64,000 nt of DNA from Methanomicrobiaceae archaeon UBA206 (GCA_002503105.1 DAQY01000028.1:4524-68523), one strand, 5' to 3'. Shown: positions 17,501 through 26,967, numbered from the stretch's first letter. A program made the numbers and translations. The notes: generated from the letters alone by a model not told the origin.

Positions 17501-18613
17501 ATGAGCGGTGTAGAAGACCAGATTCGTGAGATCGAGGGCGAACTCAGGCGAACCCCGTACAACAAAGCGACCGCAAAACACATCGGTCGCTTGAAAGCGA
17601 AGCTCGCAAAGATCCGCGACGAAGCGGTTGCCAGGGCTATGGCCTCCAGCGGGTTCGGGGAGGGCTACGCCATCAGGAAGTCGGGCGACGCGACGGTGGT
17701 TCTGGCCGGTTTCCCCTCCGTCGGAAAGAGTACTCTCCTCAACGCGCTCACCGGCACCAGGAGCGAGACGGCATCCTATCCGTTCACCACCATTTCGGTG
17801 ATCCCGGGGACGCTGGAGCACCGGGGCGCACGGATCCAGATCCTGGACATCCCCGGGCTGATCGCGGGCGCCGCCATGGGAAAGGGACGCGGCAAGGAGG
17901 TGATCGCCGTCGTTCGCAGCGCCGACCTGATCATCGTTCTGGTGGACGTCTTCAGCGGGCAGCACGTGGACGTGCTGCTGCGGGAGCTGCACGACGCCGG
18001 CATCAGGATCAACCATGAGAAGCCCGACATCACCATCAGGAAGTCCGGGAGCGGAGGCATCCGTCTCAACACCGTCGGCGCCGTGGACCTCGACATCGAC
18101 GAGATCCGGTCGATCCTGACGGAGAACAGGATCGTGAACGCAGACGTCCTGATCCGTGGCGATGTGACGCAGGACGACTTCATCGACGCCATGTTCGGCA
18201 ACCGCATCTACGCTCCCGCCTTCATCGCGGTCAACAAGGTGGATCTCGTCGACGAGCAGACCGTGAAGGAGATCGAGCGAGACCTCACCGAGCGGTTCGG
18301 CCAGCCCCCCATCATGATCTCGGCACAGAGCGGCTACCACATCGAGGAACTCAAGGACGCCATCTACGACCGCCTGAAACTCATGCGGGTCTACCTGAAA
18401 CCCGCAGGCGGTCCCCCCGACATGGACGAACCCCTGATCATCCGCAGCCCCGCCACCGTGGAGGACGTCTGCAACCGCCTCCACCGGGACTTCGTCCGCA
18501 AGTTCCGGTACGCGAGGGTCTGGGGTCGATCGGTCAGGCACGAAGCCCAGCGCGTCGGACTCGCGCACGAACTCGCGGACGGAGACGTGCTCTCCATCGT
18601 CACCCGCCGCTGA
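17501..18613 (+). CDS. DRG/OBG-family GTP-binding protein with C-terminal TGS domain
   Basis: LAGFPSVGKSTLLNALTG (G1), DIPGLI (G3), NKVD (G4), TGS-like tail. Confidence 0.85.
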   Translation: MSGVEDQIREIEGELRRTPYNKATAKHIGRLKAKLAKIRDEAVARAMASSGFGEGYAIRKSGDATVVLAGFPSVGKSTLLNALTGTRSETASYPFTTISVIPGTLEHRGARIQILDIPGLIAGAAMGKGRGKEVIAVVRSADLIIVLVDVFSGQHVDVLLRELHDAGIRINHEKPDITIRKSGSGGIRLNTVGAVDLDIDEIRSILTENRIVNADVLIRGDVTQDDFIDAMFGNRIYAPAFIAVNKVDLVDEQTVKEIERDLTERFGQPPIMISAQSGYHIEELKDAIYDRLKLMRVYLKPAGGPPDMDEPLIIRSPATVEDVCNRLHRDFVRKFRYARVWGRSVRHEAQRVGLAHELADGDVLSIVTRR

Positions 18614-19715
18614 TCACCGATTCTATGACCGGGAGCGGTGCGTCGGTCTTCAGCGCCGTTCCCGAGTAGTGCGCCCTGCTCGCCCGGTAGCCGAGCGCCG
18701 ACAGGCGCTCGATCACCCCTCCGATCTTCGTCGGGGAGACCTTCAGCCGTTTGGCGATCGCGTGGTAGTCGTAGTGGCTGGATGTGGGGAGCTCCTGCTG
18801 CAGCAGATCGATCAGCCGTGCTATCTGCGATCGCGTCCGCAGCACGAGCAGATCGAGATTCTCCCGCATCGCATCGAGAATCTCGCGGTCGTTGACCGGC
18901 CCGGTCCAGAGCGGTCCGATGGGAGTCATATCGGAACCACAGTATCGGCACCGCACGGGCTCCGGCAGGAGGCCCGCCTGCTCGGTCCGCTCGAAGCATG
19001 CCGGGCACTGCATGACGTACCCCATTCGGGCGAGCGCCCGGTCCGCTGCCGACGCGCCGTCCCTGATGCGGATATGGAGGCGGACGAAATGCTCCCGGGC
19101 AAAGCAGACGATGGGCTCCACCCCCCGGTCGTACTTGATCACCTCCCGCACCGCAAAGCCGAGCAGCGTCCGCAGGCTCACCTCGCCGTGGTACTCGGTG
19201 TTCATGGGGCGGGCGAAGTAGCGGCGCATGCCGGCCTTCAGGTGCGCCCCGCAGAGAGGGGCGGTGTCGGTCGCGGTGACGAAGAAGTAACGGCGGGCGC
19301 TGCGGGCACCGGCATCGACGAACGGCGCTGGCGTCCCGAAAGGGTCGATATCCACGGCGTCGAACCTGCACTCGCTCATCAGCGCGTTCGCATCCCGGTG
19401 TGCGATCGCGACATCCAGCCCGAGGTGTGCCGCGTTCTGTCTGATGAGCCCGACCGCCCGCTGATCGCGGTCGTTGATCGTCACCGAAAGCCCGAGCTCA
19501 CCGGCGGCGCGGAGCCCGCGAACGCCCGATGCGCCCATCGCGTCCAGGTAACTGTCAGGCCGAAGGACGGAGAGCAACAGCACCGTCACGTCCCGGTTCA
19601 GCTCCATGCGGGGGTTGTAGAAGACCGGGCCGCTTCCCGGAGGGAAGCGGTGGCGAGGAACCTGCTCGGGCACAAAAAAGGTCGTGCTCCCCTCGGTAGC
19701 CTCTACAAACTCCAT
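18600..19715 (-). CDS. trm1: tRNA (guanine(26)-N2)-dimethyltransferase
   Basis: FYNPRMELNRD, DAMGASGVRG, DIDPFGTP, and a CxxC...CxxC zinc motif. Confidence 0.85.
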   Translation of the reverse strand: MEFVEATEGSTTFFVPEQVPRHRFPPGSGPVFYNPRMELNRDVTVLLLSVLRPDSYLDAMGASGVRGLRAAGELGLSVTINDRDQRAVGLIRQNAAHLGLDVAIAHRDANALMSECRFDAVDIDPFGTPAPFVDAGARSARRYFFVTATDTAPLCGAHLKAGMRRYFARPMNTEYHGEVSLRTLLGFAVREVIKYDRGVEPIVCFAREHFVRLHIRIRDGASAADRALARMGYVMQCPACFERTEQAGLLPEPVRCRYCGSDMTPIGPLWTGPVNDREILDAMRENLDLLVLRTRSQIARLIDLLQQELPTSSHYDYHAIAKRLKVSPTKIGGVIERLSALGYRASRAHYSGTALKTDAPLPVIESVISGG

Positions 19716-19783
19716 AATGCATTCACTGGTGGATGCTCGTTAACCTTATACCTTTTTATGAGATACAGCTGTACTCTGATTCA

Positions 19784-19859
19784 TGGGCTTGTGGCCTAGC
19801 CAGGATATGGCGTCAGCCTCCTAAGCTGAATATCGGGGGTTCAAATCCCCCCAAGCCCG
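19784..19859 (+). tRNA. tRNA-Arg (anticodon CCU)
   Basis: GGGCTTG acceptor pairs with CAAGCCC. Anticodon stem TCAGC/GCTGA with loop CTCCTAA. GGGGG-TTCAAAT-CCCCC T-arm. Discriminator G. Confidence 0.85.
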
Positions 19860-19980
19860 TCATCTTATCCCGAATTCCGCATTCTTCCCGATCTTGTCCG
19901 TCGGATCGGCAAAAACCGCATCTATTTTAAAGGTACACACCGAAATGAGGCATAGCACCATCTCTGGCATCGGTGTATGT

Positions 19981-20699
19981 ATGCCCCTCATCTTTCAGGA
20001 TTCGGAGTTCTCGTTTCAGCTGCTTCGGGCGCTGGGCGTCAGTATCTGCAGATGTTCGGAGATCGGGGAGTGTCTCTCCACCCCACTCCGCATCCGGGAC
20101 GGCGATCTCGAGAGCTGGTACGCGGAGTGGCGGGCGACGGGCGACGGCCGACCGTATCGCGCTCCTGGGGATCATCAGCATGGGCGGGTACCTCGCCCCC
20201 CCGCGCCATCGTTGAAAGAACACCGTCTCGCTGCGCGCATCGCGAACGGCGGTGCGTTCGAGCTGGGATCCACGAAACCGCCGCGCATGTCTGCAGAGGA
20301 CAGGGGCTGTCTCTTCTCCGATCCTGCGGGGTTCGACACGGCCACCGGGCCGATCCTGGCCGCGAACCCCTCCCTCCGCCGGGCGTCGACGCACAGTATG
20401 TGGGGCGTTCCAGTCCAGACGGCATCACCGGCCCGGTGGCTGCAGATGACCGAGGCCTATACGCTGGAGAGGGGTGCGCCGATCGCATCGCGTGCCCGAC
20501 CCTCGTCATCGACTGCGAGTACGAGCACGCATTCGCCGGCAAGACCTGCCAGCTCTACGACGCACTCCGATGTGAAAAGACGTTCATGTATTTCTCCGGC
20601 GAGGACGGAGCAGGTGAGCACTGCCAGGTCGCCGCGCGCCTGCTCTCGCAGCAGCGTATCTTCGACTGGCTGGACGGGGTGCTTGCGGTGCGATCCTGA
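19981..20699 (+). pseudogene. alpha/beta hydrolase gene remnant (multiple frameshifts and a large internal deletion)
   Basis: MPLIFQDSEFSFQLLRALG...IGECLSTPLRIRDGDLESWYAEW (frame 1), DRIALLGIISMGGYLAP (frame 2), EHRLAARIANGGAFEL (frame 1), PTLVIDCEYEHAFAGKTCQLYDAL...GAGEHCQVAARLLSQQRIFDWLDGVL (frame 0). About 240 codons remain where this family normally has about 400. Confidence 0.55.
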
Positions 20700-20771
20700 A
20701 ACGGCATCGCGGCGGACAGCCGATCACCTACCTATTTATCGCCAGCCCTGCAACCTATCACTTCACGGGAC

Positions 20772-21611
20772 ATGAGTGCGGGAGCCTTTCTCCGAATCAC
20801 GCGGCCTCACAATGCCGTTGTCGCCGGTTTCGCAGCCGTACTCGGCTACCTCATCGCAACGGGGACGCTCGTCCCCCCTGCTGCGCTGCTCGCTGTGGCC
20901 GTCATACTCATCACTGCCGGGGGGAACGTCATCAACGACGTCTTCGATGTCGAGATCGATCGGATCAACCGCCCGGAAAGACCGATTCCCGCCGGCGAGA
21001 TCGGCCTCTCCGGCGCCCGGCGGTACGCCGGAACGCTCTTCGTCGCAGGCATCCTCGTAAGCATGCTCACGAATGCGCTCTGTCTCGCCTTCGCCGTCGT
21101 AAACTCGCTGATCCTCGTCGTCTACGCCGCCCGGCTCAAGAGAGTTCCGTTCCTGGGCAACGCGGCGGTCGCCTATCTCGTCGCCAGCATCTTCCTCTTC
21201 GGCGGAGCGTTCGCCGGCATCGAGGGGCTCGTCCGGAACCTCCCCCTCGCCTCCATCACGTTCCTCGCCACCGTCGCCAGGGAACTCCTGAAAGACGGCG
21301 AAGACGTGGACGGCGACACGGTTGGGGGGGTACGCACCCTCCCTATGATCATCGGCGTCCGGCGCACCGGATGGGTGGCCTTCGCCTGTGCATGCGCCGC
21401 CGCCGCCGCGAGCTTCATCCCCATCGGCCGCTGGTGGAGCCCCTTCTATCTCGCCGCCATCGGGCTCGTCGACGTCCTGATCCTCGCTGCCGCGTGGAAG
21501 GGGGCGATGTGCGCGACACCGCGCTGCGTGCGTGATTCGAAGGCCACGCAGCTGCTTCGAGCAGGCATGTTCTCTGCACTGGCCGTCTTTACCGTTGCAG
21601 CAGTTATATGA
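20772..21611 (+). CDS. digeranylgeranylglyceryl phosphate synthase (UbiA family)
   Basis: RITRPHNAVVAGFAAVLG...GNVINDVFDVEIDRINRPERPIPAG...KDGEDVDGD are UbiA Asp-rich motifs in the archaeal DGGGPS arrangement. Confidence 0.75.
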   Translation: MSAGAFLRITRPHNAVVAGFAAVLGYLIATGTLVPPAALLAVAVILITAGGNVINDVFDVEIDRINRPERPIPAGEIGLSGARRYAGTLFVAGILVSMLTNALCLAFAVVNSLILVVYAARLKRVPFLGNAAVAYLVASIFLFGGAFAGIEGLVRNLPLASITFLATVARELLKDGEDVDGDTVGGVRTLPMIIGVRRTGWVAFACACAAAAASFIPIGRWWSPFYLAAIGLVDVLILAAAWKGAMCATPRCVRDSKATQLLRAGMFSALAVFTVAAVI

Positions 21612-21659
21612 TGAAAATTTTATATCTCCGTGAAATGAGCTGTTATCCGGGAGACATCC

Positions 21660-22076
21660 ATGAAGATATACCGGCACGGAGACACGTACATCGCACCGAA
21701 AGGCTCCTTCTTTGATGGAAACGTGAAGATCGACGGTAACTTCATCACTCCTCCGGAGACCCATATATGGGGGAACCTGATCGTCGCCGGCCGGCTGGAA
21801 CTCGGACCGTTCTCCACGGTCGGCGGCACGGTGGAGACCCGGAGCGCGATCATCGGCCATGATGTCAGGATCAAGGGGCCGCTCGTCGTCCAGGGGAACG
21901 CCACCGTCTGCGACAACGCGCACCTGCACTCCATACGTGCCGGCGGCGATGTCATCCTGCGGCCTGGCATCGTGGTGGGCGACGTCACGACCAGCAAGAC
22001 GATCTTCGTCTACGGCAAGATCGCGAGCGAACACCTAGTCGGCCGGTCCGTCAAAGTGTACGGGAACGGAACCTGA
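21660..22076 (+). CDS. bactofilin-like (polymer-forming, beta-helical repeat) protein
   Basis: Repeated hydrophobic-G-x-hydrophobic turns (GNVKIDGNFI, GNLIVAGRLELG, VGGTVETRSAIIGHDVRIKGPLVVQGNATV, GDVILRPGIVVGDV) typical of DUF583-type beta-helices. Confidence 0.5.
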   Translation: MKIYRHGDTYIAPKGSFFDGNVKIDGNFITPPETHIWGNLIVAGRLELGPFSTVGGTVETRSAIIGHDVRIKGPLVVQGNATVCDNAHLHSIRAGGDVILRPGIVVGDVTTSKTIFVYGKIASEHLVGRSVKVYGNGT

Positions 22077-22757
22077 CGGCGCCCCGATACCTAACATCGC
22101 CACCTCCATCACCTCATTCCAGTTTGCCAGCGTCTCCACGCAGCCGTCGTTGAGGTTGACGACGCCCATGGCCGTGATACCCATGCGGTCGCACATCTCC
22201 AGCCCCTCTTTCACCTCCATGAGGCATCCGACGCCGATGATCCCCTCCGGCCGGTACTTCTTGACCATCCGCTTGATGAACGTCGATCCTGGGACGATGA
22301 AAACCCGGTACCCCACACCTTCGAGCCGCTGGATGATGCCGGCGACGTCGCAGAGCCCGCAGCGTCTGCATGCCAGTCCTTCCGGCGTCAGGTTGGCGGG
22401 GCACCGGGACGAGCGCAGACACTGCGGAAGGAAGACCGCACGCTTCTCCACCGGGATCTCGGCGAAGGCCTTGACGTTCATCGCGTTGTGGAGCTTGATG
22501 AAGAACGCCATCAGCTCCCGGTCTTCGAGCCCGAGCAGTTTGCAGATGGCCTTCACCAGCCCCTCCAGGAGGACCATGCCGGGTTTCAGGACTCCGGGGA
22601 GGTAGAACTTCCCGTCTGCGATGGAGTAGAAGGCGATGACAGCGAGGGCGACCGCCGCGAGCAGCATCCCTCCCAGGATAAAGAACGTGATCTCGCCGAT
22701 GATGACCATCAGCTGAATCCACATATCAGATTCAAAGATCATGCCCATCCTCCTCAC
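22035..22757 (-). CDS. DUF116 family membrane/Cys-rich protein
   Basis: N-terminal TM segments, then LPQCLRSSRCPANLTPEGLACRRCGLCDV...GVGCLMEV. Its start overlaps the upstream gene stop (ATGA). Confidence 0.7.
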   Translation of the reverse strand: MRRMGMIFESDMWIQLMVIIGEITFFILGGMLLAAVALAVIAFYSIADGKFYLPGVLKPGMVLLEGLVKAICKLLGLEDRELMAFFIKLHNAMNVKAFAEIPVEKRAVFLPQCLRSSRCPANLTPEGLACRRCGLCDVAGIIQRLEGVGYRVFIVPGSTFIKRMVKKYRPEGIIGVGCLMEVKEGLEMCDRMGITAMGVVNLNDGCVETLANWNEVMEVAMLGIGAPSGSVPVHFDGPAD

Positions 22758-23815
22758 CGGCCGGAACGGACCTCCTCATCGAACACGATGCGGAACGACT
22801 CCCGGTACGGCGGCCGCAGCACCCCGACCTCGGTGACGATCGCGGAGACCAGGTCGAGGGGCGTGGCATCGAAGGCGTAGTTCAGCACCTGCACATCCTC
22901 GGGCGCCACCCGCACATCCCCGCAGGAGGCGAGCTCCTCGCGGCTCCGCTGTTCGACGGTGATCTCCTCCTCCCGGTGCGAAAGATCGAAGGTGGAGATC
23001 GGGGCCGCCACGTAGAAGGGGATATCGTGGTACCGGGCCGAAACGGCATGCATGTAGGTGCCGATCTTGTTAAAGACCACATCCCGGGTGATCCGGTCGG
23101 CCCCGACGATGACGAGATCGATCTCCCCTCGCCGCATCAGGTAGGCCGCCTGGGAGTCCGGGATCAGCACGACATCGATCCCGTCACGGGTCAGCTCCCA
23201 GCAGGTGAGGCGGGCGCCCTGGAGGAGCGGACGGGTCTCGCAGGCGATCACCCGCACGTCCTTCCCCGCCGCAACGGCGGATCGGATCACGCCGAGTGCC
23301 GTTCCCCAGGAGCGGCACGCAAGGGCGCCGGCGTTGCAGTGGGTGAGCGCCGTCCCCCCGTCCGGGATCAGGGCGGCGCCGAAGCCGCCCATGGCCCGGC
23401 AGGCCGCCTCGTCCTCCTCCGCAATCGCGTTCGCCTCCGCGACGGCGATGGTCTTCGCCTCCTCGACGGTGCGGGCCTCCTCGATCCGCCGCAGCACCCG
23501 GTCGAGCCCCCGGTCGAGGTTCACCGCCGTCGGGCGGGTGCTCCGCAGCGTCTCGACCGCCTGCCGGACCTCGGCGAGGAGGAGATCCGTCTCCGTCGCG
23601 GTGCTGTTCACCGCTGCGAGGGCGACGCCCATTGCGCCGGCGATGCCGAGCGCCGGAGCTCCCCGGATCTCGAGCCGCTTGATGGCGCGGGCAAGACGCT
23701 CGATGCCGGTGCACCGGACCACCTCGAACGTGCCCGGCAGCCGGGTCTGGTCGATATAGACGATGCTGTTCGTCTCCGGGTCCCATGCGATGGTGGGGGT
23801 CGTCTCCCGCGTCAT
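22754..23815 (-). CDS. mtnA: eIF-2B alpha/beta/delta-family sugar-phosphate isomerase (MtnA-type methylthioribose-1-phosphate isomerase-like)
   Basis: Internal ATG 23815 of ORF 22754..23875. IAWDPETNSIVYIDQTRLPG...IKRLEIRGAPALGIAGA...THCNAGALA...VGADRI. Confidence 0.8.
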   Translation of the reverse strand: MTRETTPTIAWDPETNSIVYIDQTRLPGTFEVVRCTGIERLARAIKRLEIRGAPALGIAGAMGVALAAVNSTATETDLLLAEVRQAVETLRSTRPTAVNLDRGLDRVLRRIEEARTVEEAKTIAVAEANAIAEEDEAACRAMGGFGAALIPDGGTALTHCNAGALACRSWGTALGVIRSAVAAGKDVRVIACETRPLLQGARLTCWELTRDGIDVVLIPDSQAAYLMRRGEIDLVIVGADRITRDVVFNKIGTYMHAVSARYHDIPFYVAAPISTFDLSHREEEITVEQRSREELASCGDVRVAPEDVQVLNYAFDATPLDLVSAIVTEVGVLRPPYRESFRIVFDEEVRSGR

Positions 23816-23816
23816 T

Positions 23817-25091
23817 TCAGTTCGCCCTGATCGCGTCGATGTACGCCCGCATCGCCGCCGCCTCGCCCATGGCAACGGAGTCGGGAATATCCCGGGGCGC
23901 GGTGGCGGTGCCGGCGACGTAGATCCCGGGACGCGGTGTGAGGACCGGGCCGATCTTCTCGTCGTCGACGCTGTAAAAGCCGTTCTCCCCCCTCGGGATA
24001 CCCAGCCTCTCCGCGATCGCGTCCGCCCCGTCCGCGGGCTCTAGCCCGACCGAGAGCACCACGAGATCGACGTGATGCCGCTCCACCTCGCCGGTCTCCG
24101 TGTTCTCGGCCACCATCACCAGGCACTCGTTCTCCTCCATCACCTCGCCGGGGAGTCCGCGGATGAACCGGATCCCCATCCCCTTCGCCCGCTCGTAGTA
24201 CTCCTCGTAGCCCTTGCCGTACGCGCGGATGTCGTTGTAGAAGATAATGACATCGGTATCGGGGTACTTCTCCCTGACGAGCATTGCGTTCTTCATCGCG
24301 TACATGCAGCAGACCCCGGAGCAGTACGGACGGTGCAGCGACATATCGCGGGAGCCGACGCACTGCACGAACGCGATCGCCCTGGGCGTCCCGCCGTTTG
24401 AGAGGCGCCCGATCCTCCCGCCGGTGGGCCCGCTGGCGTTGATCATCCGCTCGAACTCCAGGCTCGTGATCACGTCCGGCACCGCCAGGTAGCGCAGCTG
24501 CGGCTTGTTTCGGGCATCGAACGTCCTGTATCCGGTGGCGACGACGATACTCGCCGCAGATAGATCGATCTCCTTCTCGTGATCCTCCCGCAGCACCGCA
24601 TCCCTGCCGCAGACGTCGTAGCAGAGCCCGCACTCGATGCAGTGCTCGTTGTCCTTGATGACGATATCGGGGATCGCCTGCGGGTGCGGCTTATAGATCG
24701 CCTTCCGCACACCGATGCCTGCGTCGAACCGGTTGTAGACCTCCACCGGACAGATCTGGATGCAATCCCCGCAGCCGTTGCACTCCTCCTCATCGATGAA
24801 GCGGGGGTGTTTCTTGAGCCTCACCTGGAAGTGCCCCACCTCACCCGCAACCGACTCCACCTCGGTGCACGTATGGATGGTGATGTTGGGGTGCCGCGCC
24901 ACCTCCACCATCTTCGGGGAGAGGATACACATCGAGCAGTCGTTGGTGGGGAACGTCTTGTCGAGCTGCGCCATATGCCCGCCGATGGTCGGTTCCCGCT
25001 CGACGAGGTGGACGTGGACATCGTGGTCCGCCAGGTCGAGCGCCGCCTGGATGCCGGCAACACCCGCACCGATCACCACCACCTCAGCCAT
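23817..25091 (-). CDS. HdrA-like FAD/FeS oxidoreductase (short heterodisulfide reductase subunit A homolog)
   Basis: VVIGAGVAGIQAALDLA, TFPTNDCSMCILSPKM, and two ferredoxin motifs (CNGCGDCIQICP, CIECGLCYDVC). Confidence 0.75.
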   Translation of the reverse strand: MAEVVVIGAGVAGIQAALDLADHDVHVHLVEREPTIGGHMAQLDKTFPTNDCSMCILSPKMVEVARHPNITIHTCTEVESVAGEVGHFQVRLKKHPRFIDEEECNGCGDCIQICPVEVYNRFDAGIGVRKAIYKPHPQAIPDIVIKDNEHCIECGLCYDVCGRDAVLREDHEKEIDLSAASIVVATGYRTFDARNKPQLRYLAVPDVITSLEFERMINASGPTGGRIGRLSNGGTPRAIAFVQCVGSRDMSLHRPYCSGVCCMYAMKNAMLVREKYPDTDVIIFYNDIRAYGKGYEEYYERAKGMGIRFIRGLPGEVMEENECLVMVAENTETGEVERHHVDLVVLSVGLEPADGADAIAERLGIPRGENGFYSVDDEKIGPVLTPRPGIYVAGTATAPRDIPDSVAMGEAAAMRAYIDAIRAN

Positions 25092-25575
25092 GACGGTACC
25101 TCTCTGCCAGCCTGACGTATTCGCGTGCGTTGTGGAAGATCTTCTCGCGCTGTGCGGAAGTCGTCTCCTTCACCACCTTCCCGGGCACGCCGAGGACCAG
25201 CGAGTGCGCCGGAATCTCCTTCCCTTCGGTGATCACCGCACCGGCGCCGATGATCGAACCTTCGCCCACGACCGCACCGTTCAGGACGACGGCGCCCATA
25301 CCGACGAGCACCCGGTCCCGGATCGTGCAGCCGTGCAGGACGGCACCGTGCCCGACCGAGACGTCCCGCCCGATGGTGACGGGAAAGCCGATGGTGGTGT
25401 GGACGACGGCGTTGTCCTGGATGTTCGAGCCGGCACCGACGACGATCCGGTCCCGATCGCCCCGCACCACGGCGCCGAACCAGACGCTCACGTCGTCGCC
25501 CAGCACCACATCCCCGATGACCGTTGCATTCTCCGCGACGAAGACGCGGGATCCCTCAACCGTTCCGCTCTGCAT
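25084..25575 (-). CDS. gamma-class carbonic anhydrase-like left-handed beta-helix protein
   Basis: Internal ATG 25575 of ORF 25084..25971. VIGDVVLGDDVSVWFGAVVRGD...IQDNAVVH...VGHGAVLHGCTI hexapeptide repeats. It overlaps the HdrA-like start by 8 nt. Confidence 0.8.
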   Translation of the reverse strand: MQSGTVEGSRVFVAENATVIGDVVLGDDVSVWFGAVVRGDRDRIVVGAGSNIQDNAVVHTTIGFPVTIGRDVSVGHGAVLHGCTIRDRVLVGMGAVVLNGAVVGEGSIIGAGAVITEGKEIPAHSLVLGVPGKVVKETTSAQREKIFHNAREYVRLAERYRHG

Positions 25576-25599
25576 ATCCGTGGGTAGTGTTGTACGCGC

Positions 25600-26060
25600 C
25601 CCTACAAAATGGTCTCGTTTTCCGGCTCTGCAGAAGACCCCCATTCTCGCACGCTGCTCCACCTCAACCTCTCCCGCGTCCGGGCGGGAGGAGGGTGATC
25701 GGGGACCGCAACCCGTCACGGGGGGTGCAGCTGTGCACCAGCAGATATCCGGCACTGTGCAACGCCCTTCAACGAGTATCCGGGATCTTTCCTGATAGAC
25801 GCCACGGATAAACTCGAATCCTGACTCCGGGCGTATCCCGGTCCTCCATCTCTGGGCAGGCGGGGGCGACAGCGGGCTTGAGAGGGTGCGAAGCGTATCC
25901 CCTCCTCCCGTTTGAGAGGTTCCCGGAATTTCGGGGAGACCGGATCGGAACGACGAGAGACGTACCCTCATATAGGGCGACGATCAATCTCCACAGGAAC
26001 CACCGGATCGGGCACGCCGGACGTGAGGTGCAGCCCTGAATGGGGGGGGGCACGGGAGGG
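25600..26060 (+). mobile_element. two tandem partial copies of the IS-like repeat family in a divergent promoter region
   Basis: 25.70-25.80 kb matches 15.44-15.52 kb. 25872-25950 (GCGGGCTTGAGAGGGTGCGAAGCG...GAGAGGTTCCCGGAATTTCGGGGAGACC) matches 35622-35700. G9 tract at 26042-26050. Confidence 0.4.
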
Positions 26061-26070
26061 AGTCAGACGG

Positions 26071-26967
26071 ATGAAGGAATCGCTCAGGGCATACATCGAT
26101 CTGTTGCGGGCTCATTTTGCATTCGCCTGGCCGCTGCTCTTCCTCTCCGGCCTGGCGCTCGCCTTCCAGCACACCGGAGGGTTCTCCTGGTCACTCACTC
26201 TCAGGGCCGCACTGATCGGTCTCCTCGGATTCGAGGCGGGGATGGTGCTCAACGACTATGTCGACCGGGAGCGGGACCGACGGGACGTCGAGCACGACAG
26301 ACTCACCCGGTACTGGAGACCGTTCCATACGCGCCCGATACCGGCCGGACTGATCCCCCCTGAACGGGCTCTCCAGCTCTTCGTACTGCTCGCGACGGCC
26401 ACTGTCATCCTGATCGCGACGCTCCCGTATCCGAACGCGCTGTACGTCCTCGCCATCATGGCGTACAGCTATATGGCTGAATGCTTCTACCAGGTGAGGA
26501 AGCGGGACCAGCGGTTCCCTCTCGCCCAGCTGGTGGGGCGTACCGACTTTGCCCTCTTTCCTGTTGCCGGGTACCTCTGCGCCGCCACCCCCGACACGAC
26601 CGCTCTGCTCTACTTCCTCTTCTTCCACCCGTTCACGCTGGCGCACCTCGGCGTCAACGACCTCATCGATATCAGGAACGACGTCGCCAGGGGCATGAAG
26701 ACGGTTACGGTGCTCTACGGCACGAAAGGGACGGCATACTGGATTCTCTCTTTCTCTCTCCTCCACGCCGGCGCGGCGTTCCTGTTCCTTCCGAACCTGG
26801 GCCCGTTCGCGTATGCCGGTATCATGGCGGGGCTCCTCCTGCTCGTTGTCGCGAATTACCGGATTGCACGGAGCCAGGATCCCGCCAGCGGGCTTGCCGC
26901 CCTCCCCCTCTTCCACATCGCGATGGCGATCTACGCGGCGTCGATCATCCTGGACGTTGTGGCGTGA
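26071..26967 (+). CDS. UbiA-family prenyltransferase (second paralog in the window)
   Basis: Internal ATG 26071 of ORF 25912. LNDYVDRERD Asp-rich motif, second motif NDLIDIRND, and 8-9 hydrophobic segments. Confidence 0.75.
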   Translation: MKESLRAYIDLLRAHFAFAWPLLFLSGLALAFQHTGGFSWSLTLRAALIGLLGFEAGMVLNDYVDRERDRRDVEHDRLTRYWRPFHTRPIPAGLIPPERALQLFVLLATATVILIATLPYPNALYVLAIMAYSYMAECFYQVRKRDQRFPLAQLVGRTDFALFPVAGYLCAATPDTTALLYFLFFHPFTLAHLGVNDLIDIRNDVARGMKTVTVLYGTKGTAYWILSFSLLHAGAAFLFLPNLGPFAYAGIMAGLLLLVVANYRIARSQDPASGLAALPLFHIAMAIYAASIILDVVA

